In this document: positions 1 to 11,274 of the stretch, one piece after another
How positions within the stretch are numbered: position 1 is the first letter of the stretch
Layout of the letters: each line of letters opens with the position of its first letter
Origin: Folioceros fuciformis
Taxonomy: Eukaryota
Reading direction: 5' to 3'
Assembly: GCA_049999805.1 (NCBI GenBank)
Contig: JBNGIO010006380.1
Span: 614,735-670,502, forward strand
Length of the DNA: 55,768 nt
Notes under the pieces: generated by a model
Told to the model about the DNA's origin: nothing
Database searches by the model: none
The model's input: only the letters and a program-made list of their open reading frames with translations
Translations under genes and position numbers: made by a program

Positions 1-1383
1 TCTAAGCTGCAGAACACTTCAAGCCTTGCTTCCTCCAACATGGCATGTAAAGCACAGATGCGAATTGTAGGGTCGGCCAGAAACGGGTCACTCTGCAAGC
101 AATGGAAAATCAGTCTTCTACATTTCTAGGACCAGAGCGATCGCATGTATAGTTGCAGGGGAGTAAAACTAATAGCCATGGAAGGAGCTGCCGAGTTCAG
201 CACGCACTAGACTTTCTTACATTGAGATCATATACACAACATTGTAAAAGGAGTTATGCATTGTCCGGATCCACCACTAACTCTCTATCACACGACATCG
301 TGTGTGACACACAATAAGTCAAATCTCGCAAAGCACACTGTGGAGTGGAGTCTGGTGGTGTCTCGTACATGTACCTGCACGCTGGGCTACGCAGCTTCGG
401 CTCGTCTCCGCTGGAAGTCTAATATCAAAATTTCTTGCCCTTTCTGCCTCCCGCTTACGGATCACATCGGTCCGATGCAGCAGAGGAATTCATAAAGCTA
501 GCGTCTGCCCTCATCGTGGCTCTGAAATGAAACATCAAGTACATCACTTCGTCCTGCGAATGCAATACATTGCATCCAGGCAAGAAGGAGATACATACAC
601 CCACCCAACACCATGTACTGGAGATCCATACACCCCTCGGACACCACATACTTCAAGTCGTTGCACGTCTGTCTTCCTTTGTCTTGAAGCTGTTGACATG
701 TTGGAGAATCGAGCTCCAACGACTTTAACGTAGGGTATAGATCTCGGTATAGGATACTCCACAACGAAACAGATTAAACATCCCCGAGATTATGACCAGC
801 CTTTGTGGCTATATTTGTGGTGCACCGGTACACAACTTTCAGCGTAGATGTGATTGTGATGCGTGTGAGTTTCCCATCATATGGTCAGGTCATAGAAGGT
901 TCAGCAAGCAAGGGGAAGTGCAGGGGCTGGGTTATATGCTCCAAAGACAGGGCGGAAGGCTCACAAGTGATCAGTGAAATACCTATTCTTGTAAGAGAAT
1001 TCTTTTGAATAGAGCTTGACTTGCACATAGCTTTTGAGGTGGAGCAAAAGATGGATGGGATGGAGGATATGGAGGACGTAGGTATGGATGTGGAGGGCAT
1101 AAGGAAGATGTGGGTTCTAGTGACGGAGAGGAGTCGAACAATGAGGTATACGATGATGATGATATCTTGGTCTACGATGATGATGATATCTTGGTCGACG
1201 AGTTCTCCATATTTAGAGATGAACTGAATGTGGAGTTCTCCATCTCCAATGACACAATTCCTACACTTCATATTACAGAGCCACAACTCAAGCCTGGTGT
1301 ATATGATCTTCATGTTATGATTTATTTGTTGAGTGAGGAATATGGATGTGAAGAAGGTTGCTCTAGATCTACACATGCGATTG

Positions 1384-1529
1384 CTACATCAAATGTAGAG
1401 GACTCTTCTAAATTGTCAAAAGATATCGTGGAAGAAATTTTGCTGCGATTTGTCTACTACATCAAATGTAGAGGACTCTCCTAAATTGCCAAAAGATATT
1501 GTGGAAGAAATTTTGCTGCTATTGTCTAC
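1384..1529 (+). repeat. Tandem duplication (~73-bp period) of the start of the F-box motif
   Basis: ctacatcaaatgtagaggactc...gtggaagaaattttgctgc...tgtctac starts at both 1384 and 1457, so the two copies fall in different frames. Confidence 0.9.
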
Positions 1530-2325
1530 TAGATTGTAGGCTCAATGCCAATCTACTTGCAAGGAGTGGCATACGACACTCACAAATGCAGAATTTCTTC
1601 GTCGAAGTTTTCTTCAGGAACTAAAGTCACACACCATAACACCCCTGTTGTGCACCCTTGCATTTTGCTACAAAAATAGTTATTATCATTCGAGAGATGA
1701 TCATTCTAGTGCTTCAATGATGAGGCTGCCAATCCTACACAAGGCCTTGAAAGTAGATCTCTCCTTCTTACCAAAGCTGTTGCAACATAACATGACGATG
1801 TTCATTGCTGCCGATGTATGTCCAACATCTGGTTTCATATGTTTATCACGTCAGGCAGCCGAGGGAATGTATGTGTGTGTGGTGAATCCGATGAACCAGA
1901 GCTTCAAACTTTTTCCTGTACTTCAAAACCTTCAAGGTTATAATATCGTCTTATTGGTGGAACCAAGAATTGAAGCAGGAAAAGTTCCTAGCTTCAAGGT
2001 TTTTGTGAAACATGTTAGCCCAGTTCAGTCGCATGGTCCCTTTACCAATGCTTGTGCCATCTACAATAGCATTAGTGGTGAGTGGAAGGCGTTCTTACAT
2101 AATGTTGGATTAAGCAGCTGTGGTGCTATTTTGTCATGCAATGGAGGGTTGTACGCAGTAGTTAATCCCGGTCCCCCCTGTGTGGTGCAACTTAATACAA
2201 AAAGCGGCCGACGGTACTTATGGGGTTGGAATGTCCCCGCCACACTAGGAGAACGCTTACCCTTGAGGACGAAACTTTAAACTTTCATATGGTAGATTAC
2301 CATGGAAGGCTCTTATGGTGCTGCA

Positions 2326-2616
2326 TGTAGGGTTATTAAAGCCCAATGTGTTTAGACTAACGTTTTTAGTCTAAGATTAGTGTCTAGTTAAGTATCATTA
2401 GTTTAGATTAGCTCAAGCTAATTTGTAGGAAGCTTCTTGCGCAGCTTCCTATGCGCTTCTTGTGAAGCTTCCTAGGGAGCTCTTCTAGAGAGTATAAATA
2501 CCCCCTTGAGCTCCCTTGCATATTGAGACCTTTTGTGAGAGTGTGACCTCTCTTTCTTCTCTCCTCCTTGCCTCCTCCTCTCCTCTCCTTCACCATGCTC
2601 CTCTAGCCTTCCTTCA
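2326..2616 (+). repeat. 5' LTR (291 bp)
   Basis: tgtagggttattaaagccc...ctagccttccttca, with TATAAATA at 2493-2500. Matches 5759-6050. Confidence 0.96.
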
Positions 2617-2618
2617 AG

Positions 2619-2630
2619 TGGTATCAGAGC
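2619..2630 (+). promoter_or_regulatory. Primer binding site (tRNA-iMet type)
   Basis: TGGTATCAGAGC begins 2 nt after the 5' LTR end. This is the canonical plant tRNA-Met PBS. Confidence 0.93.
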
Positions 2631-2685
2631 TAGGTTCGATCCTAGGACCTGAAGGTTATGGGCGCACCATGCTTCCGCTACGCAT

Positions 2686-5600
2686 CTGGACTCTGGAGCA
2701 TCTTTCCATGTTACTCTACATAGGGAGTGGTTTAGCACGTATGATGCTACTAGGAAAGGATGTGTACGGCTTGGAAATAACTAGGTATGCGAGATTGCAG
2801 GCGTTGGTGATGTGCAGCTGAAGCTCGACAATGGATCTTCATTCATACTGAAGGATGTTAGGCATGTTCCGAAGTTGGCTAAAAGCATGATTAGTGCAAG
2901 GTAGTTGGATGACGCTGGCTACCACTGTTGGTTTGGAGATCGTTCTTGGAAGATCTCCAAAGGTTCTCTTGTGTTAGATTGTGGATCGAAGTGTGGCACT
3001 TTGTACTCACTTCAGGTAACCACTGTCAAGGATCATGTGATTTGTGTAACGGAACAGCCAAGTGTTTCCTTGTGGCATAGTTGGTTAGAACATATGTCTC
3101 AAAAAGGAATGAAGATACTATCTCGTTTTGGTTACGTCCCTGCTTTTGACCTCTCCGATTTCTCCATGTGTGAGCACTGTCTGTATGGGAAACAGACGAA
3201 GTTCCCACATGGAGCAAGAGGTAAACACAAAAGTAAACCTCTTGAGTTGGTTCACAGTGACATTTGTGGACCTATGCTCACTGTATCGTTAGGCGGTGCA
3301 TCCTATTTTGTTACTTTCATAAATGATTTCTCACGCAAGGTGTGGGTTTATCCTTTGAGGAAAAAGGATGAAGTTCTGACAGTGTTTCAGAAGTTCGTCA
3401 CCCTTGTGGAGAATCAGTCTGGCCTGCGACTGAAATGTCTAAGGACAGACAATGGGGGAGAGTATGTTTCGAAGGCTTTCCAGTCATTCTGTGATTCCAA
3501 GGGAATCAGGAGAGAATTGACTGCCTCGTACACTCCTCTCCAGAATGGTGTGGCCGAACGGGTGAACAGGACCATCGAGGAGAGGATGCGTAGTTTGTTG
3601 TCAAACTTTGGATTGCCTAACGGATTTTGGGCAGAAGCAGTGGCTTATGCGGTGCATCTTATTAACAAATCTCCTAATAGGGTTGTGGATGAACAAGTTC
3701 CAAAGGAGATGTGGTCTGGAAAGAACCCGTCATACAAGCATCTACGAGTGTTTGGCTGCGAGGCATACTACCATGTTCCGAAGGAGTTTCGGGACAAGTT
3801 GGCACCCAAGTCCAAGAAATGTATTTTTCTTGGCTATGGTGAATCTGGTGAGATGAGGTACCGTCTATGGGATCCAGAAGCCAAGAGGATNNNNNNNNNN
3901 NNNNNNNNNNNNNNNNNNNNNNNNNNNNNNNNNNNNNNNNNNNNNNNNNNNNNNNNNNNNNNNNNNNNNNNNNNNNNNNNNNNNNNNNNNCCGCGCAGGT
4001 TGAACGTCATGCTGTGCAGGAACAAGTTCCTCCACTTGTAGAAGAGGAGAGAGTGCAACCAGCTCCGGTCGAGGCGCCAGTGCTTCGTAGGTCAGGAAGG
4101 ATCTCACCTCCTCCTGACAGGTATGTTGCAACTCTTGATTATGTCATGCTGACGGATTGTGAGGAGCCCTCTTACTACCAAGAGGCCATGTCAGTGACTA
4201 ACAAGGACAAGTGGAAGAAGGCGATGCAGTCGCAAATGGATTCGCTCCACAAGAACCAAACTTGGGAGTTGGTTCGGTTGCCTAAGGGCAAGAAGGCGTT
4301 GCCATGCAAATGGGTGTATAAGATGAAAGACATACCTCATTATGGCAAACCCAAGTACAAGGCACGATTGGTTGCTAAGGGTTTTAAGCAACAGCAAGGT
4401 ATTGACTTTGATGAGATTTTCTCACCAGTTGTCAAAATAATCACCTTGCGATGTGTCCTTGGTCTGGTTGCGAGGCACGACATAGATCTTATCCGGATGG
4501 ATGTGGAGTCGGCATTTTTGCATGGTGATCTCCAGGAAGAGGTATTCATGCAGCAACCAAAGGGTTTCATTGAGAAGGGCAAAGAGAATCTGGTGTGCAG
4601 GTTAAAGAAGAGCCTTTATGGTTTGAAGCAGGCACCCAGGGAGTGGTATTTCAAGTTCCACTCATTTATGCTTTCTCAAGGCTACAAGCGTAGCGATGAG
4701 GATCATTGCCTTTATACGAAGCAAGCTAAGGATGGAAGCTTGCTCATTCTGGTCCTCTATGTGGATGATATGCTGATTGCTGGGACTAACAGTGATGAGA
4801 TTTCAGCGTTGAAGTCAAAGTTGAATGGTCACTTTGACATGACAGACTTGGGAGAGGCAGGCCATATTCTTGGCATGCGTATTCGTCGAGACATACAGAA
4901 GCATTTGCTTTACTTGTCTCAGACTGAATACATTAACAAGGTGCTTCAACGTTTCAATATGGAGAAGGGGAAGGTATTGAGTACTTTGTTGCCTCCATAT
5001 GTGAAACTTTCGAGCAAAGATTGCCCAAGCTCTGCGGAGGACAAAGCTGAAATAGAGAAGGTTCCATACTCATCAGCTGTGGGGAGTTTGATGTATGCAA
5101 TGATTGCTACGCGTCCTGACATTGCGTTTGCAGTGCGAGTGGTTAGTAGGTTTATGTCAAACCCTGGCAGGAAGCATTGGGAGGCAGTGAAAGGAGTTAT
5201 GAGGTACTTGAATGATACAAAAGCTTTGTGCATATGTTTTGGTAGTGAAGATGCATCTGTCGTGGGATATATAGATGCTGATTATGCAGGGGATATGGAC
5301 AAAAGGAGGTCCACATCTGGTTATGTCTTCATGTGCACTGGAGGGGCAATGTCATGGCGATCGCGTTTGCAATCGTGCATAACGCTATCTACCACAGAGG
5401 CCGAGTATGTTGCAGCGACTGAGGCATGCAAGGAAGGTATGTGGCTTGCTCATTTAGTGGGAAATTTGGGGATCAAGGTTGAGCTGCCAGTGTTGCATTG
5501 TGATAGCCAGAGTGCTATCCAATTGGCAAAGAATCCAGTGTTTCATGCGAAGACCAGACATGTGGAAGTGAAGTATCACTTCATTCGAGAGGTGTTGGAA

Positions 5601-5717
5601 GACCAGAGGGTACAACTTGTCAAACTTCACACCAGTCAGAACCCTGCAGATGTTCTTACCAAGGGGCTCTCTTCGGAGCAATTCGCACAAGCTCGGACAC
5701 TCATGGGCATGAGGTAG
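2686..5717 (+). pseudogene. pol: copia pol (protease, GAG-pre-integrase, integrase, RT, RNase H), with in-frame stops and an N gap
   Basis: Protease LDSGASFHVT at 2686, with TAG stops at 2782 and 2902. Integrase motifs LELVHSDICGP, LRTDNGGEY and QNGVAER. RT motifs YKARLVAKG, LYGLKQAPREW and LYVDDMLI. RNaseH motifs DADYAGD and STTEAEY. The frame change falls within the 100-N gap at 3891-3990. Confidence 0.95.
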
Positions 5718-5748
5718 GCCACTCTCCTATGAAGGTAAATTGGCCTTT

Positions 5749-5756
5749 AAGGGGAG
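5749..5756 (+). promoter_or_regulatory. Polypurine tract
   Basis: AAGGGGAG just upstream of the 3' LTR. Confidence 0.8.
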
Positions 5757-5758
5757 CT

Positions 5759-6050
5759 TGTAGGGTTATTAAAGCCCAATGTGTTTAGACTAACATGTTT
5801 AGTCTAAGATTAGTGTCTAATTAAGTATCATTAGTTTAGATTAGCTTAAGCTAATATGCAGGAAGCTTTTTGCGCAGCTTCCTATGCGCTTCTTGTGAAG
5901 CTTCCTAGGGAGCTCTTCTAGAGGGTATAAATACGCCCTTGAGCTCCCTTGCATATTGAGACCTTTTGTGAGAGTGTGACCTCTCTTTTCTTCTCTCCTC
6001 CTTGCCTTCTCCTTTCCTCTCCTTCACCATGCTCCTCTAGCCTTCCTTCA
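5759..6050 (+). repeat. 3' LTR (292 bp)
   Basis: Near-identical to 2326-2616 (manual count ~11 substitutions and 1 indel). Followed by the TSD CTGCA. Confidence 0.96.
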
Positions 6051-7538
6051 CTGCAATGGTATTTGAATGCTGAACGATGCTAAAATAGGGTGGATAAAGA
6101 TTGCCAAGAAGTGGCCATCTCACTTACTTCCATATCGTGGGATAAAGATTCAAATGTTGCGGAGTGTGCATGTTTGTGGCGACTTGGTGATTTTCTTTTT
6201 GATAGTCGACAGTGTTCATATTCACCAGGATTGGGTTGTTGCTTACAACATGCTTCAACATTCTTGGCAAAAGCTTCCTAATGATCTTGCGAAAATGAAT
6301 GGGGAGATTTCCCACCCTAACCGTAATCTGTTTCTTTGATGTTGAGCTATTACAAGCATGCTACGCAATTTGCCACTCTTTTTAATGTGGACATTGGAGA
6401 GGAGAAGACTAACTTACTAAATGGAATGGAACCTTGTCTTATAAAAGTTGAAAAACTGTTTACGCTTTCCAACATCAAAGCCAAATAATCAACTATTAAT
6501 TTTGGACACCAAGCCCAATGCATATGTGGTGATTGAGCAATGAATAAGTACTAGAGGAATTTCTTCCAAGATTTGTCAACCCTAGAAATAATTGCCTTAA
6601 CTTTCAATAATAATCCAAAATTTTCTACCCCTAATGCAATGACCAAGACTTGGGAAAGTTCCGTCTTTATTAAAGTGAATGGTTGTGTAGCGTACCATGT
6701 GTTTTACCTCAATATAGGTTAACAACACATACATTATTAGCCTATCCAATATGACTCCATAACTCTCATTTTCTCTCTTCTCTTGCGATAGTGGGCTGCA
6801 GGAAGCAAGCTCTATTTATCTCCCAACAATCTTGTTCGGGCTAAGTCACTGATGCAACTGTCGGAGGGTGAGAGGAAAACCAGCATGCTATTTGAAAAGC
6901 ATATCATAATGCAATAGTATCTTCTGCAGATGATGCCTTGTTGGACCATGCTGTCCACAAGGAAGCATGAGACGTATAACAAACATTCTGACCCACGCAC
7001 AGACCCTGCGAGGTTGCGAGGAAGGATAGAAAACCCTTCACCTTCGAAAAGCCGTGAGCCAGAGTCTGAGTTCCCATGCCAGAGCCTCACAACAAACACA
7101 GAGCCTACCCCTCGCGACAAGCACTTCTGAGGTGATAGCCACAATGACATGCTGCTTCCAACAGAGATGCATTGAAAAATGACAGGCCCAGTTTAAGCAA
7201 AAGCAGCTTTTACAAGCATTCTGGCCATCATCGTGTAAGCCATGGCATTGAGAGCCAAACATTAGAATGGGTATTAGTTCGACAGTAATGTACAAATTAG
7301 AACTTGTAGCCACTTGAACAGAGAGGATCACCGGATCCTACTCGGTAACCAGCCCCACCAGCTCTGTAGAGTAATCTTCAAAGTGGTTGAAACTCACTGT
7401 TTCACTTCTTCAGCAGCAGAGTTCTCCAATGGTTGAATCCTTGAGAATCCGGTACATGCGACATTCCCCCTTTGCCCCTACATTATCAAGATTTTAACAG
7501 GACAAGGGTGAAAATGTTCCACTCACCCACCTTCACTC

Positions 7539-10292
7539 CTAGTGCAAAAAGGATGCTTGATAAGCAGGAGGAGGGGGAGGCAGACCACTTCCGAATTGGT
7601 AGCTGCTATAGGTAGCCGTAGGATTGGAGTAAGCAGCAGACCCATATACTGGAGACCCTAGACCATCTGTTGAATAGAGGTAAGAGCTGGATAGAGACAC
7701 TGGGCTTCTACTCCCTCCTGCATAGCCTGAATTATAGGCTGCTTGGCTACGTCTGTCGTAGTTGCTTTGAGCAGCTATACTGTAGGATGAGACACCTAGC
7801 CCACCATAAGGACTTCTCTCAGAAGATCTATAATAGCTCCTCTCTGTCACATTGGAGCCCCCGTAACCCCCTCCAGTCCCACTACTTGCCCGAGGTCGCT
7901 TTGTCTGAGCCTTGACGGCAACAGCAGCCCTTTTCCTGTCAGACTTGGCCTTTTCCAATTGAACTACACGCTTTTGAAGAGGTGAGGATGGATAAGATGA
8001 CTCCAGCTGATACTCTTCGATGCATTTTAGCACCGATTTCAAGGCAGCCAGCTCTTTCATTGTCGCATCATTCTGCAGCCATTTAGGAAGCACTTCAGCA
8101 GAACAATCTCATATGTCCGCCTGCTGTTCACTGAAAAAATGATTCAACAAACCTGAGCAGCTGCTGAGCTGTTGCCACTTTTGAGTATCGATTGAGCAGT
8201 CTTCCTTGCTTCCTTCAGATAGGTCTTGAGCAGTGGTACAGGCTGGACTCTATCCATGATGCCAAACGAGTGTGCAAACGAGAGTGCCTCAATCTGCTTA
8301 CCTTCCTTGGCCAACCTGTCCACCACATCTGAGCCCACGAGGACAAGACAGGTAACGCACGCAGTAAACCAAGCTTTAGCCGCTTGAAGCAACTGCTTCA
8401 GTGAAAGTAAGAGGCCAAAACAGGAAAAAAAAGAGTAACAACAGCCCTGGCGAACAATTCTCCTTACCTGCCTCCCGCCAACAGAAGGTCAGAACCATGA
8501 CAGCCGTTAAGTTTTTCAAGCATTTCAACAACGTGGGCCCAAAGCAAGCTGCATCTACTGTCCAATACAGGGACTTGACACAACCAGCAAGCAGTGCACA
8601 GAAAGCAGCAGGCATGAATTTGGTTAGAGAGGGTTTCAGGAAGCCTATCTGGGTGGTATCCGGATAAGGCCATGAGTTTTGAGAACTGGTCTCAGGAGCA
8701 GACAACAGGGTTGTGGGAAAAGGTGATAGCACCCCTGGATGATGTGACAGCTACAAGATTGGACCAAAGGGAAGGAGAGAAAGGAGCGGACATGATAGGG
8801 GCTCTAGTTGCCTTGTGATAGCAAAGCCTATAAAGATGTTACCACTACTAGTGAGGACAGGCAAGGAGGAACCATCCAAGAGGCCCTGCTTGTGCCATAG
8901 CCGGACTTTGGAAAAAGGACACCAACCTGGAATCTTGGCCGATAGTCCAAGGGAGCGGCAGAGCGCAGGTGATTGCCTGCGCCGGGCAACAGCCGTGACC
9001 AGTTTACACAGCTCATCGTCATTATACTCCGGAGCAATACCAAACGTTGCCAGAAGCTGCAGAAAGGCCTGTGCGTCCAAAGAATTGCCAGACGCGGCAT
9101 CTCCATGGACAGTCATCTTGGATCTCCATTGGTCAGCGACCTCCTTGGCTGAATCCTTAATGTTAGAGGGTACCACAGGGTGATCCGCTCCTAGCACAGG
9201 ATCAGCCAAAACCACAGCAAGGCACTCCAGAAGAAGAATGCAAGCACGGCGATTAGCCGATGCCCCGGACTCCTTCTTGTCAGCCCCTTGGTTGGAATTG
9301 GCGCCGGGCTCTGGGAGGTGATATCCCTCCAAGGCACACAGAACTAGACGAGCAGGGTCAATGGCACACTGAAGTGCGGAGGGCAACTCAGCCCGCAGCA
9401 CTCCTACATCCTTCCGGTGGTCGACAATGTACTTTCTGAGCCCATCGCCATCCATGCTCTCACACAGAGACTTGAGCTGCGGCCGCACTCTCACATCAGG
9501 AACTAGTGTTTTACCAGCGCCCGCAGCATCCTTGCTTGCAGGCCCATTGGAGGCGATGGCGTCCAGTTTAGAGTGCAGGTCACTGTCAGCGGCGATGGCC
9601 GCGGGCTTCGGTGTAGCGAAATCCACCTCCATGGCCTGGGAGGCAGGGGTAGGAGCAGCAATCGGCACGGCAGCAACGGCAGGAGAACGGGCAGGAGAGC
9701 TGGCCACGGCCAGAGTAGTAGTAGTAGTAGTAGCAGCAGCAGCAGCAGCAGGAGGCGGGGAGGATTCGGGCTTGGTGGCCTCTGCCACCACAGCATGGCT
9801 CACAATCGGTGGTGATTCACGGGCAAGAGCAGGAGGGAGTTGCGCAGCCTTGGCAGAGGCAGCAGCAGCAGCGGCAGCAGCAGCAGCCTTGGCAGCGGCG
9901 GCGGCAGCAGCGGCTTCAGCATCCATCCGCTGTCGCTCCTCGGTCCATTTGCGTTTCTCCTCAAAGATGGCCGCAATCGCAGAATCTTTCTGTTCTTGCA
10001 CCCGCGACAGCGAAGCCTGCTCTCTGGCGGCCACAGCCTCGTCTCTCTTGTCAAGCACATCTTGCAATTCCTGGCTCTTGGCTTCAAATGCCTTCTCCTT
10101 GCTGGCCAACTCTTCAAACCGCTTGTTCAGCGTTCTTTCAACCTCAGAAAAGTGTTCTTCCAGCTCTTTCCATGCTATTGTGCAGGCTGCTATGGCTACT
10201 CTGTGGCTCTCAAGATCAGCAAACGCTTTTTGCACTCGTTCCTTCTTTGCATTCGCAGATTCTAAGCACGGGCTCGCCAGCGCGCCTGCCAT
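7539..10292 (-). CDS. FRL: FRIGIDA-like protein, 3 exons (~10292-8927, 8328-8153, 8072-7539)
   Basis: Frigida-domain motifs LCESMDGDGLRKYI, ALQCAIDPARLVL, RRACILLLE, DAQAFLQLLATFGI, QIEALSFAHSFG, PVPLLKTYL and ELAALKSVLKCIEEYQL. N-terminal coiled coil (WKELEEHF). GT-AG boundaries keep the frame. Confidence 0.92.
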
Positions 10293-11274
10293 GATTTTCT
10301 GCTCTAGCACCACCTCAACAACAACGACAACGCTGCAGCAGTAGCCCCTGAGGAAGTTGGCGTGCGGATAAATGCCACGGCCGTAACAGACGATACCTGC
10401 CTCTGCACCGTGCGATCGGCCATCGGGCGGTGGAGCCAGCCCGGCCCGCGCGCGCCTCCCTTCCCTTCCCCCGCTCTGGCAACCGTTCTCGCTCCCAGTT
10501 ACCTACCACCCCCCACTTCCGCCCCTCTTCACGCTTTATATACCCTACCTACTTTTTTTACCATCTTTCACCTCTCCGTAGTTCTCGCCGTGTTTTTTAC
10601 TGCCCGCCGTCCTCCCCCAAACTTTCACGAAACAACTCTCTAGCATGCACGCTGCAAACCATGTTTCCCTGCCGCCTGACTCTCAGGATCTCAGAGCAGG
10701 GCAGTTCGTAGACGCTGTCTCCCACCTTTCTGTCAATTTCTCATCTGTTGTATCAGACGACATCTGCTCTGTCGTGTCTACTGTAGATCACAAGGAGAGA
10801 TGGATGCAGGCTGCGTTTCCGATTGCAGAGGGGAGCCGCAAATTCGCACATGATAGATCGGAGTTACTACACCCGGGGCAGCTGGAGTCCTGCATCGAGG
10901 CAGCCCGTTGGAGGTCGGATCCAACTTTCAGGTAGGCGTACCAACCTTTTTCACAAACTTTCACGCTGGGTAACCCTCGTCCTTTTTGCCCCCTTTTTAC
11001 CCATAGTGCCACGGCTGCTTCACGTCCCCCCACCATCGCGTGTTCCGTGTTGTTTGCCTGTGCAGAGCATTAGTGCTGACAAGGTTTTAGAAGAAAATGA
11101 AATGCACGCTTTTAGAGGTCTGATATCCTTTGCAAATGAAGGTTATGAGATGCTGCTGTCGTCAGGGGAGAGGAACGTACTGTGGGGGTTGTCGTAGGGA
11201 GTGGTTGAGCTGGGTGCGTCAAGGATGGTTTGGTGGGAGGGAGGAAGCGTTTGTGTTGATGTGCCGGAGCTGGC

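Larger units (their letters stand above)
2326..6050 (+). mobile_element. Ty1/copia LTR retrotransposon, gag-deleted and non-autonomous
   Basis: Two LTRs bounded by TG...CA. 5-bp TSD CTGCA at 2321-2325 and 6051-6055. PBS TGGTATCAGAGC and a PPT are present. pol order is protease-integrase-RT-RNaseH. Confidence 0.97.
1110..6339 (+). pseudogene. F-box protein pseudogene with a beta-propeller/kelch-like C-terminus, interrupted by a copia element at 2326-6050
   Basis: F-box motif LPKDIVEEILLLLSTRL*AQCQSTCKEW at ~1488-1569 has an in-frame TAG at 1537-1539 and is in frame with ORF 1648-2280 (VCVVNPMNQSFKLFP, AIYNSISGEW). Similar sequence resumes after the 3' LTR (ORF 6067-6339, VVAYNMLQHSWQKLP). Several stops and a frameshifting duplication are present. 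The 5' limit is uncertain. Confidence 0.75.

Noticed and set aside
256-1008. Short ORFs at the window start
   Set aside because: No recognisable motifs or consistent splice structure.
1537-2904. In-frame TAG stops as U-to-C editable codons
   Set aside because: Stop-removing U-to-C editing is organellar. These are nuclear pseudogene and transposon sequences, where C-to-T decay suffices.
3891-3990. Programmed frameshift between integrase and RT
   Set aside because: The frame change lies within an arbitrary 100-N gap.
9427-10344. 305-aa + strand ORF
   Set aside because: Antisense to the low-complexity part of the FRIGIDA-like exon.
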